A stretch of 64,000 bases of DNA from Spirulina sp. (GTDB taxonomy: Bacteria > Cyanobacteriota > Cyanobacteriia > Phormidesmidales > Phormidesmidaceae), in contig JBIPSI010000024.1 of assembly GCA_044070495.1 (NCBI GenBank), positions 1 to 64,000 of the forward strand. The letters run 5' to 3'. Made by a program: the position numbers and the translations under genes. A model generated the notes under the pieces. It did not search any database, had not been told where the DNA came from, and saw only the letters and a program-made list of their open reading frames with translations. How positions within the stretch are numbered: position 1 is the first letter of the stretch; each line of letters starts with the position of its first letter. Shown here in pieces: positions 38,830 through 49,943 of this stretch.

Positions 38830-39813
38830 ATGATTTCCCCTGCCTCTACCGCTGTTCGTTCCTCCGCTGCCCCAGCCTCCTTGGTCGTGGCCATTGTAGG
38901 CGATGTCCACGACCAGTGGAGTGAGGCCGATGCCCAGGCACTGCATCGATTAGCGGTAGATTTCGTGCTGTTTGTGGGTGACTTTGGCAACGAAGCGGTA
39001 GCCCTAGTGCGCCAGATCGCGGCGATTGATCTCCCTAAAGCGGTCATTCTGGGCAACCACGATGCCTGGTATAGCGCTACCCCTTGGGGGCAAAAGAAAT
39101 GTCCCTACAATCGCCAGCAGGAGGACTGGGTGACCCAGCAACTTCAGGCTTTAGGGAATTGCCACGTTGGCTATGGGCACTTGGATCTACCCCAGTTTGG
39201 CCTTTCGGTGGTCGGTGGGCGACCCTTTAGCTGGGGAGGTTCCGACTGGACCAATGCCCCGTTCTACGCGGAACGCTACGGAGTCCATAGCTTTGAGGAG
39301 TCGGTGGCGCGGCTGTGCCAGACCGTGGAAGCCACCCGCTACAACGATCTCATCTTCATTGGCCACTGCGGCCCCCAGGGGTTGGGCGACCAGCCAGAAG
39401 CCCCCTGCGGACGGGACTGGAAACCCCTGGGCGGCGACTTTGGCGATCCCGATCTAACCGCTGCCATTGCCTATGCTAAACGGCGAGGGAAGGCGGTGCC
39501 CCTAGTTGCCTTTGGCCACATGCACCACACCCTGCGGCATCGCAAGGATCAACTGCGCCGCCAAATCCACTGGGACACCGCCACCTGCTACCTAAATGCG
39601 GCTAGGGTGCCCCGGTGGCGTCAGCAGGAAGGGCGAACCCAGCGCCACTTTGCCCTCGTCACCCTACGGGATAACCAGGTGGCGCAAGCTCGCCAAGTCT
39701 GGGTGGATGATCAGCGGGGCATTATCCACTCTGTTGATCTGGTGGATCAGACTACGGGAGATGGCGATCTGGATTTGCCCTTAGCCCTGAGTTCTGGCCC
39801 CACCCTACGGTGA
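38830..39813 (+). CDS. DevT/TIGR04168-like metallophosphoesterase
   Basis: GDVH, VGDFGNE, LGNHD, CGRDW, GHMHH. Confidence 0.88.
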   Translation: MISPASTAVRSSAAPASLVVAIVGDVHDQWSEADAQALHRLAVDFVLFVGDFGNEAVALVRQIAAIDLPKAVILGNHDAWYSATPWGQKKCPYNRQQEDWVTQQLQALGNCHVGYGHLDLPQFGLSVVGGRPFSWGGSDWTNAPFYAERYGVHSFEESVARLCQTVEATRYNDLIFIGHCGPQGLGDQPEAPCGRDWKPLGGDFGDPDLTAAIAYAKRRGKAVPLVAFGHMHHTLRHRKDQLRRQIHWDTATCYLNAARVPRWRQQEGRTQRHFALVTLRDNQVAQARQVWVDDQRGIIHSVDLVDQTTGDGDLDLPLALSSGPTLR

Positions 39814-39862
39814 CGCAAGCTCTAGCGGTATACTCAATCCATAGCAGTCCACACATCCGCCC

Positions 39863-40327
39863 ATGCAATATCTGGCGAAGGTGCAAAAAAAAGCATTTCT
39901 TGGCGGGGCCGAACTGGCGCTGCTGGCGGTGCGCACCTCCGAAGATACCTGGGAACGGATCCAATCTGAGCGCATCGTGGAAACGACCCGCCTGCTGGCT
40001 TTTCAGGAAGGAAATCTGGTGTTGGTGGAGCTCGACGGCCTCAATCAGATCACGGCGGTTGAGGATGCGATTCCTTGGTTGTTGGGCTTAGTAGATCAGT
40101 ACCTCAGCTATGGCATTACCCCTGCGGCCCTAGAACAGGAAATTGAGCGGGCAGAGCGGTGGCGGCAATCTCTCACCCTGAAAAGCCAGGAGGTGGATCG
40201 CCGCGCCCTAGAGACCGCCGCCCGCCGGGATGAAATTCAAGAACTGGAACGTCACCTCAAGCAGGAGCGCGAAGAACTAGAGCAGCGCTGGGAGTCTCTG
40301 AGGGGGCAGGAATCGCCGCCAGCGTAA
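39863..40327 (+). CDS. Cyanobacterial hypothetical protein with C-terminal coiled coil
   Basis: MQYLAKVQKK...GNLVLVEL...EIERAERWRQSLTLKSQE. Confidence 0.8.
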   Translation: MQYLAKVQKKAFLGGAELALLAVRTSEDTWERIQSERIVETTRLLAFQEGNLVLVELDGLNQITAVEDAIPWLLGLVDQYLSYGITPAALEQEIERAERWRQSLTLKSQEVDRRALETAARRDEIQELERHLKQEREELEQRWESLRGQESPPA

Positions 40328-40439
40328 GATGCCTGGTCAAGCGCAGGACATCGCCGAGGGGATTGTTACGCTTGGCTGGTCGTATCCTTGGTGGTATACA
40401 CCTTGCGGATTCAATAGGGTTACCTACCGAAAGGAGTAT

Positions 40440-40826
40440 CTAGGCCACCTGTAAGGCTGAGTCTGACGCAAGGTCGTTGATGACCATGTCACAGACCTCA
40501 ACCTGGGTGGTTCCTTCTGTGCAGAGTGCCATAGCAATGAGGTCGTCGAGGAGATCGCGACACTCAACCTGCCCCCCCAGAATAATGACCCCACCCCGCT
40601 GTCTGATGATGACCTTAGCCGCCTCGACTCGACCCAGGCGCTCCTTAAACCGAGCCTGAATCCGCTTGGCCAACCCATAGTAGTCATACTCTCCCTGCAA
40701 GCCCACCCGCTCTGGAGGAATGGTGGACAGATCAAGCTGGCCTACGCCCTGGGGAATCGCATTGGCATAACATACGCCGCGAATGAGATGACCAGCAACG
40801 ACTAACGACTGCAAACCCTGAGCCAT
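40440..40826 (-). CDS. BON-like domain protein
   Basis: IPPERVGLQGEYDYYGLAKRI, QRGGVIILGG, EGTTQVEV; GAGGA RBS. Confidence 0.78.
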   Translation of the reverse strand: MAQGLQSLVVAGHLIRGVCYANAIPQGVGQLDLSTIPPERVGLQGEYDYYGLAKRIQARFKERLGRVEAAKVIIRQRGGVIILGGQVECRDLLDDLIAMALCTEGTTQVEVCDMVINDLASDSALQVA

Positions 40827-41150
40827 GATTCGCTTTCCTCAAGCTCTGACACCTACATCAACCACTACGATACGCACGAAGCACCCTGGCTATAGTGATT
40901 CCGATCACATAGATACCGGTATAACCACTGACATTGTAACCGGACTTTGTCAGAAGTATAAACTTATTATGAAGTTTCTCTAAAGCAATGCCGTATCCAT
41001 CGGCACGATTTATCGGTGGGAATTCTGGCCTATGCCTGGGGCCACCCAAGTCATCAGACGTTTAAGTCCTTTAAGACTGGGTTCTCAGGGCAGGGCGTTG
41101 GTCGGTGTAAATGCTTACCTAGTGGAGGGGGAGTCAATCGGGATTCTAGA

Positions 41151-42407
41151 TCAGTCGGTAAACTTCAGGCGATGGCGATAGTTGGCCACGGATTCTACAA
41201 TGCCGATGGCCATAAAGTTGGTCAGCAGGGCGGATCGTCCGTAGCTCATCCAGGGCAGGGGAATCCCGGTGATGGGGGCGAGGCCGATGGTCATGCCGAT
41301 GTTGACGGAAATTTGGAACACCAGCATGGCGAATACTCCAATGGCGATGAGTGATCCAAAGTCGTCCTTGGCGTTTTGGGCGATGATCAAAATCCGAAAG
41401 CAGATCAACAGATAGGTGATCAGCAGGGCCGCACAGCCCACTAGACCCAGTTCCTCGCCCACGGCGGAAAAGATGAAATCGGTGTGTTGTTCAGGGATGA
41501 AGTTGAGTTGGGTTTGAGTGCCTTCCCCTAGCCCTTGGCCCCAAAGTTGTCCGGCTCCGATGGCAATGCGCGACTGAATCAGGTGGTAGCCGCCGCCGAG
41601 GGGATCTTTATCGGGGTCAAGGAAGAGAATCAGGCGATCCTTTTGGTAGTCTTGCAGCAGCCCCCAAAACACATCTCCCAGCTTGCCGGAAATCAGGTTG
41701 ATGGCGGTGGCAAAAATGCTGCTAAACCAGCGCCAGGGCAGGGTATACCAGGCGATTAGCCCCATGATGGCACTCCACAGTAGCCAACCGGGGAGAATGA
41801 GGTGGAACATAATGGCCGCCACCAATGGCGAGATGAAGAGCACCAGCCAGCCCGGATTGCAGTTGGCCCAGTACAGCATTACCATCACCACCACCCCAAA
41901 CACCAGGGAGGTACCGAGGTCGGGCTGAATGAAGACCAAGGCCCAGGGCACAGCGGTAATGGCTACGGCCTTAAAGAGTCCGCCCAGGGTGGAGGCATCT
42001 CGCTGGCTGAGCAGCTTGGCCAGGGTGATAATCATGCCCAGCTTGGCAAACTCCGAAGGCTGAATGTTGAAGCCACCAATGCTGATCCAGCGCTGTGCCC
42101 CTAGGCCCACCGTGCCGATAAAAATCACCGCCAGCAGGGACAGATTGACCACAGCGTAGATAATCCACTGCCAGTCGAGCAGGTTTTCGTAGCGGCTGCG
42201 GGCAAACCACAGGGCAACCACACATCCCACGCCCCCCAGAACCAGGTGGTTGAGGCCGTAGGTGGTCTCCAGGTGCAGTTGAGTGCTGTTGATCACCAGC
42301 CCCCCAAAGCCCGTCAGCCCCACCACCAGTACCATCAAGAACCAGTCCATCCCCTGCCAAGGGCTGAACCAAGAACGCCAGTTGCGGGAAAATTGCAGAT
42401 TGACCAT
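41151..42407 (-). CDS. rodA: Rod shape-determining protein RodA
   Basis: GAQRWI, QPSEFAK, QPDLGT, PEQHTDFIF, GIPLPWMSYG; start taken at MVNLQ. Confidence 0.96.
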   Translation of the reverse strand: MVNLQFSRNWRSWFSPWQGMDWFLMVLVVGLTGFGGLVINSTQLHLETTYGLNHLVLGGVGCVVALWFARSRYENLLDWQWIIYAVVNLSLLAVIFIGTVGLGAQRWISIGGFNIQPSEFAKLGMIITLAKLLSQRDASTLGGLFKAVAITAVPWALVFIQPDLGTSLVFGVVVMVMLYWANCNPGWLVLFISPLVAAIMFHLILPGWLLWSAIMGLIAWYTLPWRWFSSIFATAINLISGKLGDVFWGLLQDYQKDRLILFLDPDKDPLGGGYHLIQSRIAIGAGQLWGQGLGEGTQTQLNFIPEQHTDFIFSAVGEELGLVGCAALLITYLLICFRILIIAQNAKDDFGSLIAIGVFAMLVFQISVNIGMTIGLAPITGIPLPWMSYGRSALLTNFMAIGIVESVANYRHRLKFTD

Positions 42408-42557
42408 GGGGTGATGGGGATGAATTAAAGTAATTAAGGTGGTGTAGACACAGACCACGAACGCTCCAAACCTTATCCATAGGGGCATCTTAAGGGAAAC
42501 ATCGTAGGGTGGACACCGCCCACCAACTCCTACGCACCTTACCCCCCACGGGTGCCT

Positions 42558-43631
42558 TTAGCTCGCCAGCGCCGCCACAGAAACCTTCGCCGCCAGTTGT
42601 TGAGAAATGGCCTTCAACGCCTGGGCCGAAGCGGAATCGGGGAACTGCACCACAATCGGCACCCCCTGGTCTCCGCCTTCCCGCACGCTGGTTTCTAGGG
42701 GCACACAGCCCAGCAGGGGCACGCCCAGATCGGCGGCAATTTTTTCGCCGCCGCCAGAGCCAAAAATGTCGTAGCGCTTGTCGGGGGCATCGGGGGGGAT
42801 GAAGTAGCTCATGTTTTCCACCACGCCCAGTACGGGTACGTTGAGCTGTTGGAACATCCGCAGACCCCGACGGGCATCGGAAATGGCTACATCCTGGGGC
42901 GTGGAGACAATCACCGCCCCAGCCATCGGTACGGCCTGGGCTAGAGTAAGTTGGGCATCGCCCGTGCCGGGGGGCATATCCACAATCAGGTAATCCAATT
43001 CGCCCCACTGTACCTGGTAGAGAAACTGACGAATCACGCCGTTCAGCATGGGGCCACGCCAAATCACGGGTTGATCCCGGTCGATCAAAAAGCCCATGGA
43101 GACCATCTTGACCCCGTGGTTAAAGGCGGGTTCTAGCACTTCGCCCTGGGGCCCTTGGCGCACCATCACGTTGGCATCGCTGAGGCCCATCATCATCGGC
43201 GCATTGGGGCCATAGATGTCGGCGTCGATCAGCCCCACCTTGGCTCCGGCCTGGGCCAGGGAAACGGCGAGGTTCACCGCCACCGTACTTTTGCCCACGC
43301 CCCCCTTGCCGCTGGAGACCGCCACAATGTTTTTCACGCCATCGATGCCCGTGCGGTCGGGGAGGGATTTCTGCTGGGGCGTTTCGGCGGTCACATCCAC
43401 CTTCACCGCAGTCACTCCCGGCAGGGTTTTAACGGCCTTCTCGCAGTCCTCCACAATGAACTCACGCAGGGGACAGGCGGGGGTCGTCAGCACCAGGGTA
43501 AAGCTGACCTCACCGTCCTGGATGGCCACGTTGCGGATCATGTTCAGTTCCACCAGGCTCTTTTGTAGCTCTGGGTCTTGAACGGGGCGCAAAACCTCCA
43601 GCACGGAATCGGGACTTAGGGTTAGGGTCAT
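42558..43631 (-). CDS. mrp: Mrp/NBP35 (ApbC) Fe-S cluster carrier ATPase
   Basis: LTTPACP, SGKGGVGKST, DADIYGP, WRGPM, DMPPGTGD. Confidence 0.96.
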   Translation of the reverse strand: MTLTLSPDSVLEVLRPVQDPELQKSLVELNMIRNVAIQDGEVSFTLVLTTPACPLREFIVEDCEKAVKTLPGVTAVKVDVTAETPQQKSLPDRTGIDGVKNIVAVSSGKGGVGKSTVAVNLAVSLAQAGAKVGLIDADIYGPNAPMMMGLSDANVMVRQGPQGEVLEPAFNHGVKMVSMGFLIDRDQPVIWRGPMLNGVIRQFLYQVQWGELDYLIVDMPPGTGDAQLTLAQAVPMAGAVIVSTPQDVAISDARRGLRMFQQLNVPVLGVVENMSYFIPPDAPDKRYDIFGSGGGEKIAADLGVPLLGCVPLETSVREGGDQGVPIVVQFPDSASAQALKAISQQLAAKVSVAALAS

Positions 43632-43859
43632 GGGGTTGATAGCAGCGGCTTAACAGTCATTTACCTCCCCTATCTTAAGGGGCACCGTCACCGATTTGGG
43701 TGTCTCCTTGGGATGAGCCGCTTCTAGGCCGAGTCAGCCATGCCAGCCGAAACCAGCCTAAAGTCCGACCGATCACGCCTAATTCAACCAACCGATTGAG
43801 GGCTGTAACGGTTAACGATTGGCCTTAACTATGGGCGCATTAGCCTGGGATGACAGCCC

Positions 43860-44504
43860 CTAGGGAGATAGTCGGGCCACCTGCCAACCCGATGCGGCGA
43901 CGGCATCGGGCAAGTAGAGAAAGCGGTCGTGGAGGCGGCTGGGGCGACCTTGCCAAAACTCAAAACTGGCGGGCTGGACGCGGTATCCACCCCAAAAGTC
44001 GGGCAGGGGAATATCTTGGTTGAGGAAACGCTGTTTCATTTTGTCGAACTGCATTTCTAGCAGTTGTCGGGAGGAAATGATTTGGCTTTGCTGAGATACC
44101 CAGGCCCCCAACTGGCTACCGCGAGGCCGAGAGGTGAAGTATTTAAAGGACTCGGCGGCGGAAATTTTGCTGGCGGTGCCGGTAATGGCCAACTGCCGTT
44201 CTAGGGCATACCAGGGGAACAGCATCGATACCTGGGCATTTTGCGCGATGTGCTGGGCTTTGCGACTGCCGTAGTTGGTGAAGAATACAAAGCCGTCCCG
44301 GTCAAAATACTTCAGGAGCACGGTGCGCTGGTAGGGATGGCCTTCGGGCGACACCGTGGAGAGCACTAGGGCGTTGGGTTCCAGCAATTCAGCCTCACAG
44401 GCTTGCTGAAACCATAGGGTGAACTGGTCGAAGGGGTCGGGGGCCAGGTCAGGTAGATCCAGCCCCCGCTGGGTGTAGTCGCGGCGGAGATCGCTAATGT
44501 CCAT
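43860..44504 (-). CDS. pdxH: Pyridoxamine 5'-phosphate oxidase
   Basis: RTVLLK, FFTNYGSRK, YFTSRPRGSQLGAW, EFWQGRPSRLHDR. Confidence 0.97.
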   Translation of the reverse strand: MDISDLRRDYTQRGLDLPDLAPDPFDQFTLWFQQACEAELLEPNALVLSTVSPEGHPYQRTVLLKYFDRDGFVFFTNYGSRKAQHIAQNAQVSMLFPWYALERQLAITGTASKISAAESFKYFTSRPRGSQLGAWVSQQSQIISSRQLLEMQFDKMKQRFLNQDIPLPDFWGGYRVQPASFEFWQGRPSRLHDRFLYLPDAVAASGWQVARLSP

Positions 44505-44514
44505 CGGAAAAAGA

Positions 44515-44562
44515 GGTTAGGCGTTGGGGTTAGGGATTGGGGATTGGGTGTTAGGGATTAGG
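44515..44562. repeat. Degenerate heptamer tandem repeats (STRR-like)
   Basis: GGTTAGGCGTTGGGGTTAGGGATTGGGGATTGGGTGTTAGGGATTAGG. Confidence 0.6.
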
Positions 44563-45478
44563 TGTTGACGATCTCGACAAGGGCATCTTTAACGTCGGTG
44601 TATTGGTACTGAAATCCGGTGTCGGCGGTGCGGGTTGGGAGCACCTGCTGGCCTTCTAGGACGACCTGCGCCCCGTCGCCTAGGATGGTTTCCAGCACAA
44701 AGTCGGGTACGGGCAACCAGGAGGGACGATTCAGCACCTTACCTAATACCTTGCAAAATTCGCCCATGCGAACGGGGGTTGGGGCGGTGGCGTTGTAAAC
44801 CCCCTCCATGGTGGGGTCGGTGAGGGCTTTGAGGATCAGGTTAACCAGGTCTTCCCGGTGAATCCAGGAAAACCACTGTCGCCCGCTGCCGATGGGGCCA
44901 CCGGCAAACATCCGAAAGGGGGTCAGCATTTTGGCCACCGCACCGCCCATGCCGAGGACAATGCCAAACCGCAGAATCACCAGTCGGGGGCCATAGTCCT
45001 TCACCCGCTGGGCCGCTGCTTCCCAATCCCGACACACCTGGGCCAGAAAATCCTCGGCGGCGGGGCTGGTTTCGTCGAAGGTGGCGGTTTCGCTGGTGCC
45101 GTAGTAGCCAATGGCGGAGGCGTTCACCCACACCGTGGGCTTAGGATCAGCCTGGGCTAGGGCGTCTACTAACTTCTCAGTACCGATCACACGGCTGTCC
45201 ACAATGGCCTGCTTATGTTCGTCGCTCCAACGCTCGGAGATGGGTGCTCCGGCCAGGTTCACCACCCCATCGCAGCCCGACAGCACCTCCTGCCATGATC
45301 CAGATTCCAGGGGCGTATATTCCGCAATGGTCACCTTGGTAAAGCTGGTCTCTGGAAACAGCTTGTGCCCTAAATCGGCGCTCCGGGTGAGCACCACAAC
45401 GTCGTGGCCTTCCTCTTGCAGCCGCTCCACTAGGCGACTGCCGACAAACCCTGTGGCTCCGGTGATGGCAATTTTCAT
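44558..45478 (-). CDS. TIGR01777 family NAD-dependent epimerase-like oxidoreductase
   Basis: ITGATGFVG, VNLAG, ASAIGYYG, GSGRQWFSWIH. Confidence 0.93.
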   Translation of the reverse strand: MKIAITGATGFVGSRLVERLQEEGHDVVVLTRSADLGHKLFPETSFTKVTIAEYTPLESGSWQEVLSGCDGVVNLAGAPISERWSDEHKQAIVDSRVIGTEKLVDALAQADPKPTVWVNASAIGYYGTSETATFDETSPAAEDFLAQVCRDWEAAAQRVKDYGPRLVILRFGIVLGMGGAVAKMLTPFRMFAGGPIGSGRQWFSWIHREDLVNLILKALTDPTMEGVYNATAPTPVRMGEFCKVLGKVLNRPSWLPVPDFVLETILGDGAQVVLEGQQVLPTRTADTGFQYQYTDVKDALVEIVNT

Positions 45479-45711
45479 AGGTACCTATCTACTGCTGCGT
45501 CTCTGGTTGCATGGTTGTGGCGGCGTCCCCGGTGGTCTGACAAGACGCGGCACAAGTTAGACCGGATTCTAGGATAAACTATCCCAGCGGCGGGCACCGA
45601 ATCTACCGAACGCAGTAGCGATAGCGCCACCCCATGGAAAGCTGATCAAGGGGGCGTGTTCAACAGATAGCCTTAACGGCTCAGTCTTTACCGTGGAATG
45701 ACCGCTCCGTC

Positions 45712-46089
45712 CTAGGCTGAGGGCGATTCTCCGTAGGCCATGCCGTTGGCCTCGGCGTAGCGATGCATAAACCGCATAAACCGATCCCAGTGATCCTCCC
45801 GGTCGATGGTGAGGGTGCATTCTACCCGCTCTAGGTCATCGCCTTCGGGGCCACCAAAGATGAAGCGAATTCCGGTGGGTTCAATGGTAATTACCCCTTC
45901 CTCATCGGTGAGCTTGAGGGCCTTAGAAAACTGGCTGCGAAAGCTTTGGAAGGCTTCAATGGCTTTGAGCTGCTTGAACAGCAAAAGCACCATGCGCTCG
46001 CCCGTGTCGGCGTTGCGTCGCAGGCTGACGTTGTCAATGGATTCTAGAATGCCTTCATAGAACTGTACGGTGGGAAGCTGTGCTGTCAT
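45712..46089 (-). CDS. psb28: Photosystem II assembly factor Psb28 (Psb28-2-like)
   Basis: VQFYEG, DEEG, WDRFMRFMHRYAEANGM. Confidence 0.92.
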   Translation of the reverse strand: MTAQLPTVQFYEGILESIDNVSLRRNADTGERMVLLLFKQLKAIEAFQSFRSQFSKALKLTDEEGVITIEPTGIRFIFGGPEGDDLERVECTLTIDREDHWDRFMRFMHRYAEANGMAYGESPSA

Positions 46090-46467
46090 GGGGTGCACCA
46101 GATAACCGTGTCTACCATTATACCGACCCCGATTTTGACAGAGATCAGTCAAAATCGGCCCCTAGCCGTCCCTAGACTTCCGCTCTGCCCATCCCGTTTA
46201 CCGTTGGGTTTGCAACGCCATACCCATAGATTTTTTTCTATTCAAATGGCTCTCAGCCCTGAGGAAAATTTGAGAAATCCGCAGAACCCTTGAAAATAGG
46301 GCATTACATCCCCATAGTTCTACCCTGACTCCTGCGTCACACCTTGTAACTCTGTAAAGTTCTGTGTATAAAATTAATCGAACTTATAGATAAACCCCAA
46401 GGCATCGTCTGGGCATGGCGCTCGAAGATTAACCTGCCCGACCGTCTGGGGTGATTAGTAGAGGATT

Positions 46468-46848
46468 TTGGTTTTGGCTCAGGATTTCCCTCCCCTTTCA
46501 AGCTCACAGCGGCTCCGTGCCTGGGGTCAGATAGCCCGCCAAGTGGTCGATCTGCGCCTTGCCTTCGTGATTGGGTTGTTGGCTTTTATGATTGCCGTCA
46601 GCGTAGACTCTGGGGGAAATGCCGCCGAAGCTGCTGACTTGGTCAATTCAGCCTATCGTCCGGCTGCGACCGTGATCACGGCTTCGGTGACCAACCCATC
46701 CCCATCAACGCTGCCTGCTGCCGATGCTAACGGCGCAACCCCAGCCACCGCCCGCCGCCTGCACCACGGCATGATGACCAGCGCTATCATGACCAGCAGC
46801 CGCATGACCGAGGCCCACTTTTTCACGGAGTTGCCTGCCGAGGACTAG
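46468..46848 (+). CDS. Hypothetical membrane/exported protein
   Basis: AGAGGA RBS before TTG; hydrophobic LAFVIGLLAFMIAVSV; stop abuts the next gene. Confidence 0.55.
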   Translation: MVLAQDFPPLSSSQRLRAWGQIARQVVDLRLAFVIGLLAFMIAVSVDSGGNAAEAADLVNSAYRPAATVITASVTNPSPSTLPAADANGATPATARRLHHGMMTSAIMTSSRMTEAHFFTELPAED

Positions 46849-46878
46849 CGGTTGGTTTTCCCTAATTCCCTTGCGCCC

Positions 46879-47652
46879 ATGCCCCCCACCCTGCTTGCCC
46901 TAGATTTTGACGGCGTTGTTTGCGACGGGTTGCTAGAGTATTTTCAAACCGCCTGGAAAGCCTACTGTGAGGTGTTTCAGCCCGCTTCCCCCGATCCTCC
47001 CCAGGGCTTAGCCGAGCGTTTTTATCCTCTGCGTCCGGTGGTAGAAACGGGCTGGGAAATGCCCCTGGTACTCTACGGCCTGCTGACCGGGGTGCCTGAC
47101 CAAGACATTCTCGATCACTGGCCCACCCTGGTTCCTTTGTTGCTGGATCAGGCGGCGGTGGAGGCCACTCAGTTAGGGACAGCGGTGGACGGGGTGCGAG
47201 ATCGGTGGATGGCCGCTGATTTGGAAGGCTGGCTGGCCCTGCATCGGTTCTATCCAGGGGTGTTGCCTCGGCTTCAGCAGGCCCAGGCCCAGGGTATCGA
47301 TTTGGTGATTATTTCCACTAAGGAAGGCCGTTTTATCCAGCAACTCCTGGCCCAGCAGGGCATGGCCCTAGCGGCAGATCGGATTTTGGGTAAGGAAGTG
47401 AAGCAGCCTAAGTACGACAGCCTGCGCCAACTGAAGGCAAAAGCCCCTGAGTCTAGGATCTGGTTTGTGGAAGACCGCATCAAAGCCCTGCAATCGGTAC
47501 AACGCCAGCCCGATCTAGGGGATGTGCAGCTTTTCTTGGCCGATTGGGGCTACAACACCGCCACGGATCGACAGGCTGGTGCAGCGGATGATCGCATTCA
47601 GTTGATTTCCCTGGCCCAATTTGCCCAACCCTTTGAGGACTGGATCTACTGA
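46879..47652 (+). CDS. HAD family hydrolase
   Basis: ALDFDGVVCD, ISTK, FVEDR, LADWGYN. Confidence 0.9.
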   Translation: MPPTLLALDFDGVVCDGLLEYFQTAWKAYCEVFQPASPDPPQGLAERFYPLRPVVETGWEMPLVLYGLLTGVPDQDILDHWPTLVPLLLDQAAVEATQLGTAVDGVRDRWMAADLEGWLALHRFYPGVLPRLQQAQAQGIDLVIISTKEGRFIQQLLAQQGMALAADRILGKEVKQPKYDSLRQLKAKAPESRIWFVEDRIKALQSVQRQPDLGDVQLFLADWGYNTATDRQAGAADDRIQLISLAQFAQPFEDWIY

Positions 47653-47732
47653 GGCTAATTCTCCATCCTCAGTAGATCACAAACACGCTCTTTTGATGTG
47701 ATCCAGCCAACCCTTACGGGAAGCAAGCTACA

Positions 47733-47836
47733 TCCCTAGCCCCTCTCCCCGTAAGAGAAGGGAGCTAGAAAAGCTCAAAGTCCCTCTCCCCATGGGAGAG
47801 GGATTTAGGGTGAGGGCGGCGGGGACTTGGCGATCT
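47733..47836. repeat. CCCTCTCCC/GGGAGAGGG hairpin repeat between convergent genes
   Basis: CCCCTCTCCCC..GAGAAGGG...GTCCCTCTCCCCATGGGAGAGGGATTTAGGGTGAGGG. Confidence 0.85.
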
Positions 47837-47837
47837 G

Positions 47838-49634
47838 CTAGTCCTCGTCCGCCTCCGGCTCGTAGGTGGAGGCGATGGAGAGTTCCTTGAGTTGGGCCTC
47901 GTCCACGCCGGAGGGGGCTTGGGTGAGGAGGCAGCGGGCCTGCTGGGTTTTGGGGAAGGCGATGGCGTCACGGATGGAGTCTTCTCCGGCCATCAGCATC
48001 ACCAGGCGATCTAGCCCGTAGGCGATGCCGCCGTGGGGAGGGGTGCCGTACTCAAAGGCTTCCAGCAAAAAGCCAAATTTGTCCTTGGCTTCTTCGGTGG
48101 TGAGGCCGATGGTGTCGAACACCCGCTGCTGTACGTCGGGCTGGTAGATGCGCAGACTGCCGCCGCCGATTTCGTAGCCGTTGAGGACTAGGTCGTAGGC
48201 CACGGCGCGGGCGGTTTTGAGGTCAGCCACATCGTCGGGGTGGGGGGCAGTGAAGGGGTGGTGCAGGGCTTCGAGGCGCTGTTCGTCGGCGTTCCACTCA
48301 AACATGGGGAAGTCGGTAATCCACAGCAAATTCAGCTTGCCTTCGGGAATCAGGTTCATTTCCTTGGCCACCGCCTGCCGCACTCGATCCAGGGTGGCGT
48401 TGACGATTTCTGTGGGGCCAGCGCCGAAGAGCAATAGGTCGCCCTCCTGGGCGTTGGTGCGGCTCAGCAATTCCTGCATTTTTTCGGCGGGCAGGTTGTC
48501 TTTGATCGCCCCGATGGTATCCACTGCGCCCTCGGCCCGCACCCGAATGTAGGCCAGTCCCTTGGCTCCGGCTTCCGAGGCAATTTTGAAAATGTCGCCA
48601 CCGGGCTTGATGCGGACGTTGGAAATTTGCTCGTTGCCGCTGGGGATGGGTAGTACCTTGACGATGCCGCCATCGGCCACCGCACCGGAAAACACCTTAA
48701 AGCCGCAGTCCTTCACTAGGTCAGACACATCCACCAGTTCCAGGCCGTAGCGGGTGTCGGGCTTGTCGCTGCCGTAGCGATCCATGGCGTCGGCGTAGGT
48801 GAGTCGGGGGAAGGGAAGGGGAATCTCGATGCCCTGGACGGTTTTGAAAATGTGGGACACCAGTGCTTCATTCAGGGCCAGGATTTCGTCCTGGGTCATG
48901 AAGCTCATTTCCATGTCGAGCTGGGTGAATTCCGGCTGGCGGTCGGCGCGGAGGTCTTCGTCGCGGAAGCAGCGGGCGACTTGGTAGTAGCGGTCTACGC
49001 CGGATACCATCAGCAACTGCTTAAACAACTGGGGCGACTGGGGCAGGGCGTAGAATTCCCCAGGGTTCACCCGCGAGGGCACCAGATAATCCCGTGCGCC
49101 TTCGGGGGTGGATCGCGTCAGAATCGGGGTTTCCACCTCCATGAAGCCTTCCTGGTCTTCCAAAAAGCGGCGAATCGCCTTGATGACTTCGTGGCGTACC
49201 CGTAGGTTGTGGGCCATCCGCTCCCGCCGCAGGTCGAGGTAACGATAGCGCAGGCGCAGATCCTCCCGCACCGATTCTGAATCTGCCGTAGACACCTGGA
49301 AGGGCAAGGGCTTGCGAACGGCATTCAGCAAGTCAATAGAGTCTGCATAGATCTCCACTTCCCCGGTGGGCAGCTTGGGGTTGAGGGATTCCGCCGGACG
49401 CTGACTGACCCGTCCGACAATTTTCACCACATACTCGTTGCGCAGCGGGTCGGCCTGGGGATAGGACTCCGGCGTGCGCTCTGGGTCGCTGACGATTTGT
49501 ACGACCCCGGTGCGGTCGCGCAGGTCAACAAAAATCACGCCCCCATGGTCGCGGCGACGGTCTACCCAACCAAACAGGGTAACGGTGCTGCCAATGTCGC
49601 TGGCTCGAAGGGTGCCGCAGTAGTGGGTACGCAT
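47838..49634 (-). CDS. aspS: Aspartate--tRNA ligase
   Basis: [51 protein letters not shown]. Confidence 0.99.
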   Translation of the reverse strand: MRTHYCGTLRASDIGSTVTLFGWVDRRRDHGGVIFVDLRDRTGVVQIVSDPERTPESYPQADPLRNEYVVKIVGRVSQRPAESLNPKLPTGEVEIYADSIDLLNAVRKPLPFQVSTADSESVREDLRLRYRYLDLRRERMAHNLRVRHEVIKAIRRFLEDQEGFMEVETPILTRSTPEGARDYLVPSRVNPGEFYALPQSPQLFKQLLMVSGVDRYYQVARCFRDEDLRADRQPEFTQLDMEMSFMTQDEILALNEALVSHIFKTVQGIEIPLPFPRLTYADAMDRYGSDKPDTRYGLELVDVSDLVKDCGFKVFSGAVADGGIVKVLPIPSGNEQISNVRIKPGGDIFKIASEAGAKGLAYIRVRAEGAVDTIGAIKDNLPAEKMQELLSRTNAQEGDLLLFGAGPTEIVNATLDRVRQAVAKEMNLIPEGKLNLLWITDFPMFEWNADEQRLEALHHPFTAPHPDDVADLKTARAVAYDLVLNGYEIGGGSLRIYQPDVQQRVFDTIGLTTEEAKDKFGFLLEAFEYGTPPHGGIAYGLDRLVMLMAGEDSIRDAIAFPKTQQARCLLTQAPSGVDEAQLKELSIASTYEPEADED

Positions 49635-49857
49635 AGACTAACGATGGGGGGACGCAAAATTCAAAACCTTTCCATTATCCAGGATAACGGCCAAGCCTGA
49701 CACGACATTTGGGGGAAAGTAGGCTAAGGCTGAGGTCGTCCGATTTCGCTTCATTTCTCTGAGTCCGTAGTGGTCGCAGGAACTCTTTTATTTTCATGTA
49801 GGTCATTGATTAGGCAACCGCCCTCAGCCTATGGTGGCTTATCTGACCCCTTACCCA

Positions 49858-49943
49858 AGTTAGGTAGACGCAGCGAATCAGAACCCGACAACAGTCGATG
49901 ATTTTAGGCTGGTTGGGTTCTGCTATTGCGTCACCTATCTTAC
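49858..49943. repeat. Degenerate REP-like inverted pair
   Basis: TAGGTAGACGCAGCGAATCAGAACCCGAC ... GTTGGGTTCTGCTATTGCGTCACCTA form an imperfect long hairpin. Confidence 0.55.

Noticed and set aside
46340..46360. NtcA or HLR1 (RpaB) site
   Set aside because: No GTA-N8-TAC match, and the TTACA repeats are spaced 8 bp apart rather than the 10 bp expected for HLR1.
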